DNA of 64,000 nucleotides from Bacilli bacterium (GTDB taxonomy: Bacteria > Bacillota_I > Bacilli_A > ML615J-28 > CAG-698): contig JBMNLZ010000002.1 in the NCBI GenBank assembly GCA_050953065.1, positions 96,001 through 160,000 on the forward strand, written 5' to 3'. Every line of letters begins with the position of its first letter. Position 1 is the stretch's first letter. This document shows positions 38,033 through 52,361 of this stretch, piece by piece. A program made the position numbers and the translations under genes. Below the pieces are notes generated by a model. The model saw only the letters and a program-made list of their open reading frames with translations, searched no databases and had not been told where the DNA came from.

Positions 38033-39157
38033 ATGGAATACCGCAAATGGAAAAAAATCCCAGTTGAAACATCTTTATTAGGATTTGGTTCAATGAGATT
38101 AAAAACAGTTAATGATAAAATAGATGAAGAATTAGCTTTAAAATTAGTTGACTATGCATATAATAACGGAGTCAATTATTTTGATATGGCGATGCCATAT
38201 TTAGATGGTCAAAATGAAAGTTTTATGGGACGTGCTTTAAAACGATATAAAAGAGATACATTCTATATAGCTACAAAACTTTCGCTTTGGATGTTTGAGA
38301 CTAAAGAAGAAATTGAACAAGTAATTGATAGGCAACTTGAAAACCTTCAAACTAGTTATATTGATTGTTATTTATTGCATGCTTTAAATAAAGAAAAGTT
38401 TGAAAAAATAAAAAGATTAGGTGTAATGGATATTGTTAGAAAATGGAAAAAAGAAGGAAAAATAAAATACATTGGTTTTTCTTTCCATGATGAATACGAT
38501 ATTTATAAAGAAATTTTAAACTTTTATGATTGGGATTTTTGTCAGCTTCAACTTAACTATATGGACCAAGATACCCAACAAGGGATAAAAGGCTATTATG
38601 ATGCATTAAACAAGGGAATTCCTGTTATTGTAATGGAGCCAGTTAAAGGTGGAGATTTAGCTAAATTTAATGATAAAGTCTCTTCTATTTTTTATGATTA
38701 TAATAAACAAGCAAGTCTTTCTAGTTGGGCTTTTAGATGGGTTGGAAGCTTAGTTGGCGTAAAGTTAATTTTAAGCGGGATGAATACATTAGAACAATTA
38801 AAAGACAATTTAAAAACATTCGATAACTTTAAACCTCTTAATGAGGAAGAACAAGTATTAGTTTCTAAGGTGAAAGAGGAATTAAAGAAAATTGTTGAAG
38901 TGGGCTGTACAAGATGTGAGTATTGCTTGCCATGTCCTTATGGGGTTAATATTCCAAGAAACTTTAAAATTTTTAATAATTATGCTATGTATAAAAATGA
39001 AAATTCAGCTTTATTTAATTTTAAAGAATTAAAGAAAGAAAAAGCTGATGCATCAATTTGTGTTGCTTGTGGAGAATGCATTAGTAAATGTCCTCAAAAA
39101 ATTAATATTCCAGAAGAGTTATCTAGAATGCTTACTGAAATGAGGTTTTTAAAATGA
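38033..39157 (+). CDS. Aldo/keto reductase with C-terminal 4Fe-4S domain
   Basis: LGFGSMRL, GVNYFD, CTRCEYCLPCP, CVACGECISKCP. Confidence 0.92.
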   Translation: MEYRKWKKIPVETSLLGFGSMRLKTVNDKIDEELALKLVDYAYNNGVNYFDMAMPYLDGQNESFMGRALKRYKRDTFYIATKLSLWMFETKEEIEQVIDRQLENLQTSYIDCYLLHALNKEKFEKIKRLGVMDIVRKWKKEGKIKYIGFSFHDEYDIYKEILNFYDWDFCQLQLNYMDQDTQQGIKGYYDALNKGIPVIVMEPVKGGDLAKFNDKVSSIFYDYNKQASLSSWAFRWVGSLVGVKLILSGMNTLEQLKDNLKTFDNFKPLNEEEQVLVSKVKEELKKIVEVGCTRCEYCLPCPYGVNIPRNFKIFNNYAMYKNENSALFNFKELKKEKADASICVACGECISKCPQKINIPEELSRMLTEMRFLK

Positions 39158-40020
39158 TTGGAAATTTAAAAACTACAATCGAGATCTTACAAAAATATAA
39201 TCTTTATACTAAGAAAAAAGTAGGTCAAAACTTTTTAATTGATGAGAATGTATTAAATAAGATTGGTGAAGCTGCTTCTTTAGATAAAGAAACAGGAGTG
39301 ATTGAAATTGGTGCAGGACTTGGTAGTTTAACTGAAGTTCTAGCTTTAAAAGCTAAAAGGGTTTTAGCTTATGATATAGATTTAGATATGATAGTAGTAT
39401 TAAACGATGTTTTAAGTAAATATGATAATATTATTATTACACATGAGGACTTTTTAAAAGTTAATTTAAATGAAGCTTTAAAAGTGTTTAAAGATTGTAA
39501 AACAGTAAAGGTAGTTTCAAACCTACCTTACTATATTACAACACCAATTATCTTTAAATTATTAACTGATGATGTAGAAATTAGTGAATATTATTTTATG
39601 GTTCAAAAGGAATTAGCGCAACGTCTAACTGCTGATATCAACACAAAAGATTATAATGCTTTAAGTGTTTTAATGAGATATAAGACTGATACTTCAATTT
39701 TGTTTGATGTCTCAAGAAATGTCTTCTTACCAATGCCAAATGTTGATAGTGCATTCATTAAGATGGCGCTTGTTAAAAGAGAGTTAGGAATCGAAAATGA
39801 GGCCCATTTTGGGGCCTACCTTCAAAAGATCTTTGCTAGTAGGAGAAAAACCTTAGTCAACAATCTAAATACAGCCTACGGCTTTAATAAAGAAAAGCTA
39901 AATACTTTAATTGAAGAATTTGGCTATGATTTTAGAATTAGAGCTGAGAATTTAAGTTTAGAAGAAATTGTAAAACTTTATTTAGCTTTGGTTGATAAAG
40001 CAGAAGAGTTAAGAGAATAA
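39154..40020 (+). CDS. rsmA: 16S rRNA dimethyladenosine transferase
   Basis: GQNFL, EIGAGLG, VSNLPYYITTP. Confidence 0.96.
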   Translation: MIGNLKTTIEILQKYNLYTKKKVGQNFLIDENVLNKIGEAASLDKETGVIEIGAGLGSLTEVLALKAKRVLAYDIDLDMIVVLNDVLSKYDNIIITHEDFLKVNLNEALKVFKDCKTVKVVSNLPYYITTPIIFKLLTDDVEISEYYFMVQKELAQRLTADINTKDYNALSVLMRYKTDTSILFDVSRNVFLPMPNVDSAFIKMALVKRELGIENEAHFGAYLQKIFASRRKTLVNNLNTAYGFNKEKLNTLIEEFGYDFRIRAENLSLEEIVKLYLALVDKAEELRE

Positions 40021-40023
40021 TTT

Positions 40024-40860
40024 ATGAAAAAAAAAGCATATGCTAAAATAAATTTAAGCCTAAGAGTCTTAAGAAAAAGAGAAGATAATTATCATGATTT
40101 AGAGTCTGTAATGTGTAAGATAAATTTATTTGATAAATTAACTTTTAAAAAAAATAAACTTAAAATAAATAGAATCATAAATGATATATACCCTGATAAT
40201 TTAGTTTTAAAAACTGCTAATTTAATTAAAGAAAAATATAAAATAAAACAAGGTCTTGATATAAAAATCAAAAAACAAATTCCAACCCAAGCAGGGCTTG
40301 GTGGTGGGAGTAGTGATGCTGCTTGTACAATCATTGCTTTAAACAAACTATTTAAACTAAACTTAAACATTAATGAAATGATTGAAATTGCTGCTAATTT
40401 AGGTAGTGATATAGCGTATTGTTTATTTGATGAAATAGCTCTAGTAAGCGGTAAGGGTGAAAAAATAAAAGTTATAAATACTAAATTAAATCCTTACTTA
40501 GTCTTAATAAAACCTGATTTTAAATGTAGCACTAAAACAATTTTTGAAAATCATAAAATTACTGAAAGTAATAATTTAGAAGTTTTAATTAAAGCCTTTG
40601 AAGAAAACAATTTAAAAGAAGTTTGTAATAATTTATCTAATGATTTAGAAACAACTGTTAATAATTTGTTTGATAATGAAATAGCTTTAATTAAAGAGAC
40701 TTTAATTAAAGCGGGTGCACTTAATGCTTTGATGACAGGAAGTGGATCAGTTGTTTTTGGTGTTTTTGAAAACAAAAAAACAGCAAAAACATCATACTTA
40801 AAATTAAAAAAAGAAGTAAAAAATAAAAAAGTGTATTTTTGTAAAATTAAAAATAACTAA
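40024..40860 (+). CDS. ispE: 4-diphosphocytidyl-2C-methyl-D-erythritol kinase
   Basis: AKINLSL, AGLGGGSSDAA, MTGSGS. Confidence 0.95.
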   Translation: MKKKAYAKINLSLRVLRKREDNYHDLESVMCKINLFDKLTFKKNKLKINRIINDIYPDNLVLKTANLIKEKYKIKQGLDIKIKKQIPTQAGLGGGSSDAACTIIALNKLFKLNLNINEMIEIAANLGSDIAYCLFDEIALVSGKGEKIKVINTKLNPYLVLIKPDFKCSTKTIFENHKITESNNLEVLIKAFEENNLKEVCNNLSNDLETTVNNLFDNEIALIKETLIKAGALNALMTGSGSVVFGVFENKKTAKTSYLKLKKEVKNKKVYFCKIKNN

Positions 40861-40952
40861 AAATAAAAAATGATTTTTAATAAAAGGGTTGAATTATTTT
40901 TACTTAATGATATAATTTAAGTATCAGTGTAAGAAAGGGTGGAGAAGTAAGG

Positions 40953-41237
40953 ATGCAAATTACAGATGTTAGAATGAGAAAAGTAGACAATGGAAGTAGA
41001 TTAAAAGCTGTTGCTACGATTACTTTTGATAATGTTTTTGTTGTTCATGAATTGAGAGTTATTGAGGGAACTAATGGACTATTTGTAGCAATGCCTAACA
41101 GAAAAAACAATAAAGGTTTGTTTAAAGACATAGCTCATCCTATCGAAAAATCAATGCGTGAAGAAATTGAAAGAGTTGTACTTGATAAGTATAATTCTGG
41201 CGATCTAGAAGAAGCTTCAGCAGAAGACGAAGAATAA
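40953..41237 (+). CDS. spoVG: SpoVG nucleic-acid-binding protein
   Basis: ITDVR, GLFVAMP, DIAHPI. Confidence 0.96.
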   Translation: MQITDVRMRKVDNGSRLKAVATITFDNVFVVHELRVIEGTNGLFVAMPNRKNNKGLFKDIAHPIEKSMREEIERVVLDKYNSGDLEEASAEDEE

Positions 41238-41297
41238 GATTGTAATTTTTAAAAAAATACCATTCTTTGGTATTTTTTTTAAGAAAGAGGAAAAAGT

Positions 41298-42254
41298 ATG
41301 AATATATATGCTATTATACTGGCAGCCGGCAAAGGCATAAGAATGAATTCTACCCTACCAAAATGTGCTCATAAAGTAATTGGCAAACCAATGGTAGAAT
41401 ATGTTGTTGATGCTATAAGACATCAAGAAATTACAGAAATTTATACGGTAGTTGGATATCAAAAAGAAGTAATTGAAGAAATACTAAAAAATAAAACTAA
41501 ATTTGCTTTTCAAAAAGAACAACTTGGGACTGCTAATGCTGTAAAAAGTTGTGAAGAGTTTTTAAAAGGAAAAGAAGGTGTTACTTTAATTGCGATTGGT
41601 GATATGCCTTTTATAACTAAAGAAACTTATAAAGAATTACTTGATTTTCATATCAAAAGTAAATCTGATTTAACTGTTTTAACTACGATTCATAAAGACC
41701 CAAGTGGGTATGGAAGAATTGTTAGAAACAGTAAAGGTCAGGTTATGGCAATTGTAGAAGATAAGGATTGTGTTGGCGAACAACGAAACATTAAAGAAAT
41801 AAATGCATCTGTATATGTAATAGATAATAAAAAACTTTTTATTTATTTAGAAAAGATTCAAAACGTTAATAAACAAAATGAATATTATTTAACGGATTTA
41901 GTGAGCCTATTTTATGAAGACAATCTAAAAGTTTCAACTTATATTGTAAATGATTATGATGAAATAAGTGGAATCAATGATCAAAATCAACTGGTTAAAT
42001 TAGAAGCAATGCTTCAAAAAAGAATTCTAGATAAACATATAATTAATGGTGTTGATATTGTTGATATCAACAGTGTTAAAATAGGTTATGATGTAGAGAT
42101 TGGCGAGAATGTTACGATTATGGAAAACGTTGAGATTTTAGGTAAAACTGTAATTGGTAATAATTCAAGCGTTGGACCTAATGCTAGTGTAATTGATTCA
42201 AATATTTTAGAAGGTTCTAAAATATTTGATACAAAAATTATCAATAATAAATAA
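41298..42254 (+). CDS. glmU: GlmU-like uridyltransferase with most of the acetyltransferase domain missing
   Basis: LAAGKGIRM, EQLGTANA, GYGRIV, EYYLTD; 318 aa with only a few hexapeptide repeats; spoVG-glmU-prs order. Confidence 0.85.
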   Translation: MNIYAIILAAGKGIRMNSTLPKCAHKVIGKPMVEYVVDAIRHQEITEIYTVVGYQKEVIEEILKNKTKFAFQKEQLGTANAVKSCEEFLKGKEGVTLIAIGDMPFITKETYKELLDFHIKSKSDLTVLTTIHKDPSGYGRIVRNSKGQVMAIVEDKDCVGEQRNIKEINASVYVIDNKKLFIYLEKIQNVNKQNEYYLTDLVSLFYEDNLKVSTYIVNDYDEISGINDQNQLVKLEAMLQKRILDKHIINGVDIVDINSVKIGYDVEIGENVTIMENVEILGKTVIGNNSSVGPNASVIDSNILEGSKIFDTKIINNK

Positions 42255-42409
42255 AATTTTAAATTTAAAAGAAAGAGTTGATTTAGATGTGTTTTTAAAA
42301 AAACACATCTTTTTAAATGATAACGTTTTAAAATTGCATTTTTTTAATAAAAGAGTTATAATATAAATAGGTTTTTCTTTTTTATATATGAGGAGGTTTT
42401 CTATAAGTT

Positions 42410-43378
42410 ATGGCCAGTATTCGCGATGCTAAAGTTAAGTTGTTTACTTTGAATTCTAACCCAGAATTAGCACAAGAGATTGCTGATTATATGGGAATTG
42501 GATTATCTGATTGTGTGCTTACAAGATTTGCTGATGGTGAGGTAAGTTTAAATATTGCTGAGACAGTTAGAGGTCATCATGTCTTTGTAGTTCAATCTAC
42601 TTCAAAGCCAGTTAATGAGCATTATATGGAATTGTTAATTATGATTGATGCTTTAAAAAGAGCATCTGCTAAAACAATTAATGTTATTATGCCTTATTAT
42701 GGTTATTCAAGGCAAGATAGAAAGGCCTTAGCTAGACAACCAATTTCTGCTAAGTTAGTAGCAGATTTATTAGAAGTAGCAGGTGCTACAAGAATAATTT
42801 GCCTAGATTTACATGCAGCTCAAATTCAAGGATTCTTTAATATTCCGATTGATAACTTCCAAGCTTCGGCTATTATGGTTAAGTATTTTAAAGAAAAAGG
42901 AATTGAAGATATAGTGGTTGTTTCACCTGACCATGGTGGTACTACTAGAGCAAGAAGATTTGCAATTAACTTTGATGCGCCTATTGCAATTATTGATAAA
43001 AGAAGACCAAAACCAAATGTTGCAGAAGTTATGAATATAATTGGAGATGTACAAGATAAGAATGTTATCATTGTAGATGATATCGTAGATACAGCGGGAA
43101 CTATTACAGTAGCAGCCAAAGCTTTAAAAGAAGCTGGAGCCAAAGATATTTATGTAACGTGTTCTCATCCAGTATTATCTGATCCTGCGATGGAAAGAAT
43201 TAATGAATCTCCTATTACAGAACTTGTAACTACTAACTCAATTAGAATACCTAAAGCTAAATTAAGTCCAAAGATTGTCCAATTATCAATTGCTGAAATG
43301 TTAGGACAAGGAATAATCAATATAGTTCAAGATAAACCTATTAGTGATTTATTTGTTTATAAGCCAAATAAAAAATAG
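42410..43378 (+). CDS. prs: Ribose-phosphate pyrophosphokinase
   Basis: [33 protein letters not shown]. Confidence 0.98.
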   Translation: MASIRDAKVKLFTLNSNPELAQEIADYMGIGLSDCVLTRFADGEVSLNIAETVRGHHVFVVQSTSKPVNEHYMELLIMIDALKRASAKTINVIMPYYGYSRQDRKALARQPISAKLVADLLEVAGATRIICLDLHAAQIQGFFNIPIDNFQASAIMVKYFKEKGIEDIVVVSPDHGGTTRARRFAINFDAPIAIIDKRRPKPNVAEVMNIIGDVQDKNVIIVDDIVDTAGTITVAAKALKEAGAKDIYVTCSHPVLSDPAMERINESPITELVTTNSIRIPKAKLSPKIVQLSIAEMLGQGIINIVQDKPISDLFVYKPNKK

Positions 43379-43386
43379 TAAATTTA

Positions 43387-43418
43387 AACTCTCTAAAGTT
43401 AATTTAGAGAGTTTTTTT
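43387..43418 (+). terminator. Terminator after prs
   Basis: AACTCTCTAAA...TTTAGAGAGTTTTTT. Confidence 0.75.
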
Positions 43419-43455
43419 ATTTATTTTTTAAAGAAAAACTTAATAAAGATATTGA

Positions 43456-43563
43456 TTGACTTAGAAAATGTAAAGTAGTATAATGTATAAGGTTGCCTAA
43501 AAATGGGTAATTTAGTAAAAAAAGTAAAATAAATGTTGACAATACCCCTGAATGTGGTATAAT
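43456..43563 (+). promoter_or_regulatory. Tandem rRNA promoters P1 and P2
   Basis: TTGACT-17-TATAAT (43456-43484) and TTGACA-16-TATAAT (43536-43563). Confidence 0.85.
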
Positions 43564-43632
43564 GATAAATGCTCTAACAAAAAAATAAGGTCTTTGAAAA
43601 CTAAATAGAACAGGTGGAGTAAGGAATAAACT

Positions 43633-45168
<1,536 letters not shown>

Positions 45169-45368
45169 AAGGAGAAAGGTTAAACCTTTAACCAAAAATT
45201 ATTTTAAATTTCTTTGATTTTTTACTCCATCATGTTCTATTTAGTTTTGAGAGACTTTGTCTTTCTAAAATATAGTTTTATTAATAGATCTTTGAAAATT
45301 GAATAGTACTTGTCGCAAGAAAGTAAGAACACTTTTTAAAAATTTTAGTGTTTAAATAAAAAGAATAA

Positions 45369-48232
<2,864 letters not shown>

Positions 48233-48269
48233 TAAAGCGATGAAGTACTATTCAATTTTGAAAGAGAAG

Positions 48270-48380
48270 TATGGTGACAACAGCAAAGTGGAAACACCTG
48301 TTCCCATCTCGAACACAGAAGTTAAGCACTTTAACGCCGATGATAGTTGGGCTTCCCCGCAAAAGTAGGAAGTTGCCTTA
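48270..48380 (+). rRNA. rrf: 5S rRNA
   Basis: ACACCTGTTCCCATCTCGAACACAGAAGTTAAG. Confidence 0.96.
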
Positions 48381-48477
48381 CTTCCTTTCTATTAATAAAA
48401 AAATATATACATTTTAATATTTTTGTGTTAATATCTAATGTAGATAAAAGAGTTACAGATAATTTCACGCAAAAAAT

Positions 48478-48553
48478 GGAGGATTAGCTCAGCTGGGAGA
48501 GCATCTGCCTTACAAGCAGAGGGTCGGCGGTTCGATCCCGTCATCCTCCACCA
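48478..48553 (+). tRNA. tRNA-Val(TAC)
   Basis: Cloverleaf, anticodon loop CTTACAA, CCA end. Confidence 0.96.
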
Positions 48554-48557
48554 TTGT

Positions 48558-48633
<76 letters not shown>

Positions 48634-48639
48634 TTCTTT

Positions 48640-48715
48640 GTCTCCGTAGCTCAGAAGGTAGAGCAACTGACTTTTAATCAGTGGGTCGGACGTTCGAATC
48701 GTCTCGGAGACACCA
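48640..48715 (+). tRNA. tRNA-Lys(TTT)
   Basis: Loop CTTTTAA, CCA end. Confidence 0.96.
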
Positions 48716-48738
48716 TTTCTCTACCAGATGAAAAATGC

Positions 48739-48825
48739 GCTTGAGTGGCGGAATAGGTAGACGCGCAGGACTTAAAATCCTGTGGTAGCAATACCGTGTG
48801 GGTTCAATTCCCACCTTAAGCACCA
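48739..48825 (+). tRNA. tRNA-Leu(TAA)
   Basis: Loop CTTAAAA, long variable arm, CCA end. Confidence 0.95.
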
Positions 48826-48841
48826 AAAGTTTTTAAAAGAT

Positions 48842-48917
48842 GGGTCCTTAGCTCAGCTGGGAGAGCGCCTGTTTTGCAAGCAGGAGGCCGACGGTTCGAT
48901 CCCGTTAGGATCCACCA
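48842..48917 (+). tRNA. tRNA-Ala(TGC)
   Basis: Loop TTTGCAA, G3:U70 pair, CCA end. Confidence 0.96.
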
Positions 48918-48938
48918 TTTTTTTAAAGATTAGTAACT

Positions 48939-49015
48939 GGCGGTGTAGCTTAGCTGGCTAGAGCGTACGGTTCATACCCGTGAGGTCGGGGGTTCAAATC
49001 CCTCCACCGCTACCA
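48939..49015 (+). tRNA. tRNA-Met(CAT), elongator
   Basis: Loop TTCATAC; resembles the Firmicutes elongator Met tRNA. Confidence 0.9.
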
Positions 49016-49020
49016 TAAGC

Positions 49021-49097
49021 GGACCCGTAGCTCAGTTGGTTAGAGCTACCGGCTCATAACCGGTCGGTCGCAGGTTCGAGTCCTGCTGGGTCCACCA
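49021..49097 (+). tRNA. tRNA-Ile2(CAT)
   Basis: Loop CTCATAA, GGACC acceptor; position in the Met-Ile-Ser-fMet order. Confidence 0.85.
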
Positions 49098-49111
49098 GTT
49101 TTAAAATGTAC

Positions 49112-49202
49112 GGAGGAATACCCAAGTCCGGCTGAAGGGATCGGTCTTGAAAACCGACAGGCGTGCGAGCGCGCGGGGGTTCGAATCCCTCTTCCTCCGC
49201 CA
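49112..49202 (+). tRNA. tRNA-Ser(TGA)
   Basis: Loop CTTGAAA, long variable arm, G73, CCA end. Confidence 0.95.
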
Positions 49203-49244
49203 TTTTATTAAAAATAAATTAAGTTAAATATATAAGCATAACAT

Positions 49245-49320
<76 letters not shown>

Positions 49321-49324
49321 AAAT

Positions 49325-49400
49325 GGTCCCATGGTGTAGTGGTTAACATGCCAGTCTGTCACACTGGAGATCGCGGGTTCAAGTCCCGTTGGGACCGCCA
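49325..49400 (+). tRNA. tRNA-Asp(GTC)
   Basis: Loop CTGTCAC, CCA end. Confidence 0.96.
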
Positions 49401-49406
49401 TTTTTT

Positions 49407-49482
49407 GGCTCAGTAGCTCAGTTGGTAGAGCGAAGGACTGAAAATCCTTGTGTCGGTGGTTCAATTCCGCCCTGAGCCACCA
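49407..49482 (+). tRNA. tRNA-Phe(GAA)
   Basis: Loop CTGAAAA, CCA end. Confidence 0.96.
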
Positions 49483-49496
49483 TGTGTTGGAAAAGT

Positions 49497-49530
49497 AAAG
49501 GTTTGATAATAAAATATCAAACCTTTTTTA
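49497..49530 (+). terminator. Terminator of the rRNA/tRNA operon
   Basis: AAAGGTTTGATA...TATCAAACCTTTTTT. Confidence 0.85.
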
Positions 49531-49546
49531 TAAAAAAATTATTAAA

Positions 49547-49574
49547 ATAAATGTGGCTTTTAATGCACATTTAT
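49547..49574. promoter_or_regulatory. Putative operator for the HTH-fused methylase
   Basis: Inverted repeat ATAAATGTG-N10-CACATTTAT just before a TGnTATTAT -10-like element. Confidence 0.55.
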
Positions 49575-49600
49575 GATATTATCTATTTGGGTGATACAAT

Positions 49601-50641
49601 ATGATTTTAGATATATTTGGAAATAGAGTTAGAGATTTAAGAAATTCAAAAATGCTTTCTCAAGTAGAGTTTTCTCATTTATCAGGAATAGATAGAACTC
49701 AAATTTCAAAAATAGAACAAGGAAAAATAAATGTGACGCTAGTAACGATTGAAAAAATAAGTGAAGCACTAAATGTTGAAATTAAAGATTTGATGAATAT
49801 TTCAAATGAAAAAAAGATGCGCCCCTTTGTAAAATGGGCAGGAGGTAAAACTCAAATTCTTAGTAAAATTTGTGAGTTAATGCCAAATGAATTTGAAACT
49901 TATTTTGAGCCCTTCGTAGGTGGTGGAGCGTTGTTTTTATATCTTGCTCCTGAAAAAGCATATATAAATGATTCTAATAGTGAATTGATGGGTGCTTACG
50001 AATGTCTAAAAGATCTTAATAAATATACAAAACTATTAAAAATCCTAGAGGAGCATGAAGTAAATCATAGCGAAGAATATTATTATGAAATTCGCGCTTT
50101 AGATAGAAATGATGACTTTGAAAAAATGCCAGTCTATGAAAGAGCTGCTAGAATGATTTATTTAAATAAAGCTTGTTATAATGGACTTTATAGAGTTAAT
50201 TCTAAAGGCTATTTTAATGTTCCATCAGGAAGAAAAACTAATGTTAATACATACGACAGAGACAATATGTTATTATTACGAAATTACTTTTTAAATAACG
50301 ACATCAATATTTTAAATACTGATTTTGAGGAAGCAGTAAAATCTGCTAAAGAAGGTGATTTTGTATACTTTGATCCTCCATATGATACGTTAGATGAAAA
50401 AGATACTTTTACTTCTTATTCAAAAGATTCTTTTGGAAAAGAAGCCCAAACAAGGCTTGCTAGAGTTTATCAAGAATTATCTGATAAGGGAGTCAAAGTA
50501 ATGTTGAGCAATCACAATACACGATATATAAATGAGTTATACAAAGAATTTAATAAGACGATTATTAAGGCCAAAAGAATGATTAATTCTAACGCAGATG
50601 GTCGTGGAGAAGTAGAAGAAATAATAATCACTAATTATTAG
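49601..50641 (+). CDS. XRE/C-protein-like HTH fused to a Dam/DpnM-type adenine methyltransferase
   Basis: N-term FGNRVRDLR..SQVEFS..ISKIEQG; then PFVKWAGGK, FEPFVGGGA, YFDPPY. Confidence 0.92.
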   Translation: MILDIFGNRVRDLRNSKMLSQVEFSHLSGIDRTQISKIEQGKINVTLVTIEKISEALNVEIKDLMNISNEKKMRPFVKWAGGKTQILSKICELMPNEFETYFEPFVGGGALFLYLAPEKAYINDSNSELMGAYECLKDLNKYTKLLKILEEHEVNHSEEYYYEIRALDRNDDFEKMPVYERAARMIYLNKACYNGLYRVNSKGYFNVPSGRKTNVNTYDRDNMLLLRNYFLNNDINILNTDFEEAVKSAKEGDFVYFDPPYDTLDEKDTFTSYSKDSFGKEAQTRLARVYQELSDKGVKVMLSNHNTRYINELYKEFNKTIIKAKRMINSNADGRGEVEEIIITNY

Positions 50642-50651
50642 GAGTTAGTAA

Positions 50652-51473
50652 ATGAACTTAAATAGTTTAGAAAAAGATCTATACATAGATTATCCTGAGT
50701 TTAAGTTATTGCTTGGTGATTCTTTTGAAGTATTAAAAAAATTTGAAGTAAAATCTGTTGATATGGTTTTTGCTGATCCACCATATTTCTTATCTAGTGG
50801 CGGGATATCTTGTCAAAATGGAAAGCAAGTCTTGGTTAATAAAGGTGATTGGGATATAGCAAAAACAATAGAAGAAAAAATTACATATCACCGTGAATGG
50901 ATAAGGCTTTGTAGAAATGTATTAAAAGATGATGGGGCTATCTGGATTTCTGCAACTCTACATAGTGTATATGCAATAGGGGTAGCTTTAGAGATGGAAG
51001 GTTTTTCAATTATAAATAATATTATATGGCAGAAAACCAATCCTGCTCCTAATTTAGGATGTAGATGTTTTACGCACTCAACTGAAACAATTATTTGGGC
51101 AAGAAAACAACTGACTAAAAAAAAGAAAGGTAAACATTGTTTTGATTATCAGTTAATGAAAGAAGTTAATGACGGGAAACAAATGAAAGATGTTTGGGAG
51201 TTTAGTGAAGAAGAACCAATCATTTGGAAAATAAGTACTACGCCAAAAAGAGAGAAAAAAGAAGGAAGGCATCCAACTCAAAAGCCGTTAGAACTTTTAA
51301 AAAGAATTATTCTTGCTTCTACAAAAGAAAACGATATTGTATTAGACCCTTTTAATGGTAGTGGTACAACTGGAATTGCATGTAAAATCTTGAATAGAAA
51401 TTATATAGGAATTGATAATGACGAAGAGTATTTAAATCTAACAAAGAAAAGATATGAGGTAATAAAAGGATGA
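50652..51473 (+). CDS. DpnA-like beta-class DNA methyltransferase
   Basis: FADPPYFLS, VNKGDWD, HPTQKP, DPFNGSGTT. Confidence 0.92.
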   Translation: MNLNSLEKDLYIDYPEFKLLLGDSFEVLKKFEVKSVDMVFADPPYFLSSGGISCQNGKQVLVNKGDWDIAKTIEEKITYHREWIRLCRNVLKDDGAIWISATLHSVYAIGVALEMEGFSIINNIIWQKTNPAPNLGCRCFTHSTETIIWARKQLTKKKKGKHCFDYQLMKEVNDGKQMKDVWEFSEEEPIIWKISTTPKREKKEGRHPTQKPLELLKRIILASTKENDIVLDPFNGSGTTGIACKILNRNYIGIDNDEEYLNLTKKRYEVIKG

Positions 51474-52315
51474 GAAATTTTGAAGAATGGTTAAGCAAAT
51501 TTAGAGAAAGTATAGCTGATTATAAATATTACGTTGATTTTGATAAAGTATATAAAGAAGTTGATGAAATAAAAGTTGAATTAAATATAATGAACAGTTT
51601 AATCGGTTCAAAAAATATTGAAACTGATTTTGAAAAGCTACTTAAAGAATATCCTAAAATTTTAAAATGTATTCCCATTTTGCTTGCAAAAAGAGAACGA
51701 GAAATTATTGCGATAGATGAAGATGGTTCATATAATTTTAATTTTAATAAAATGAATTATTCAATAGATGAATATAAAATGTTTATGAGAAAAACTGGAC
51801 TTTTTGAACTTATAGCAAATAGAATAGTTAATAATTTAGTAGATTACGTATTGGGTGTTGAATCGGGGTTAAGTTCAAACGGTAGAAAAAATCGCGGTGG
51901 ACATTTAATGGAAAATATCGTTGAAGGTTATTTGAAAAAAGCTAAGTTAACATACGTTAAAGAAATGCTTTCAAAAGATATTGAAAAAACATGGGGGATA
52001 GATTTGTCTAGTATTTCTAGTGATGGTAAAGCTTTAAAAAGATTTGATTTTGTTGTAAAAACAAATGCTTGTATTTATGCTATCGAATGTAATTTTTATA
52101 GTAGTGGAGGTTCAAAATTAAATGAAACTGCACGTAGTTATAAAATGCTTGCCTTAGAGTCAAAAGATATTAAAGGATTTAAGTTTGTTTGGTTTACTGA
52201 TGGGCTTGGTTGGAAAACAGCAAAAAACAATCTAAAAGAAACATTTGATGTGTTAGAAGATTTGTACTCCATTGATGATTTAGAGAAGGACATAATTTTA
52301 AAAAAATTTAAATAA
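51470..52315 (+). CDS. DpnII-family restriction endonuclease (probably GATC)
   Basis: GRKNRGGHLME, KRFDFV, IECNFYSSGGSKLNETARSY, FVWFTDG. Confidence 0.92.
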   Translation: MRNFEEWLSKFRESIADYKYYVDFDKVYKEVDEIKVELNIMNSLIGSKNIETDFEKLLKEYPKILKCIPILLAKREREIIAIDEDGSYNFNFNKMNYSIDEYKMFMRKTGLFELIANRIVNNLVDYVLGVESGLSSNGRKNRGGHLMENIVEGYLKKAKLTYVKEMLSKDIEKTWGIDLSSISSDGKALKRFDFVVKTNACIYAIECNFYSSGGSKLNETARSYKMLALESKDIKGFKFVWFTDGLGWKTAKNNLKETFDVLEDLYSIDDLEKDIILKKFK

Positions 52316-52361
52316 AAGTAAAAACCATTTCTTTAATAATATATATTAAAGAGGTGGTTTT

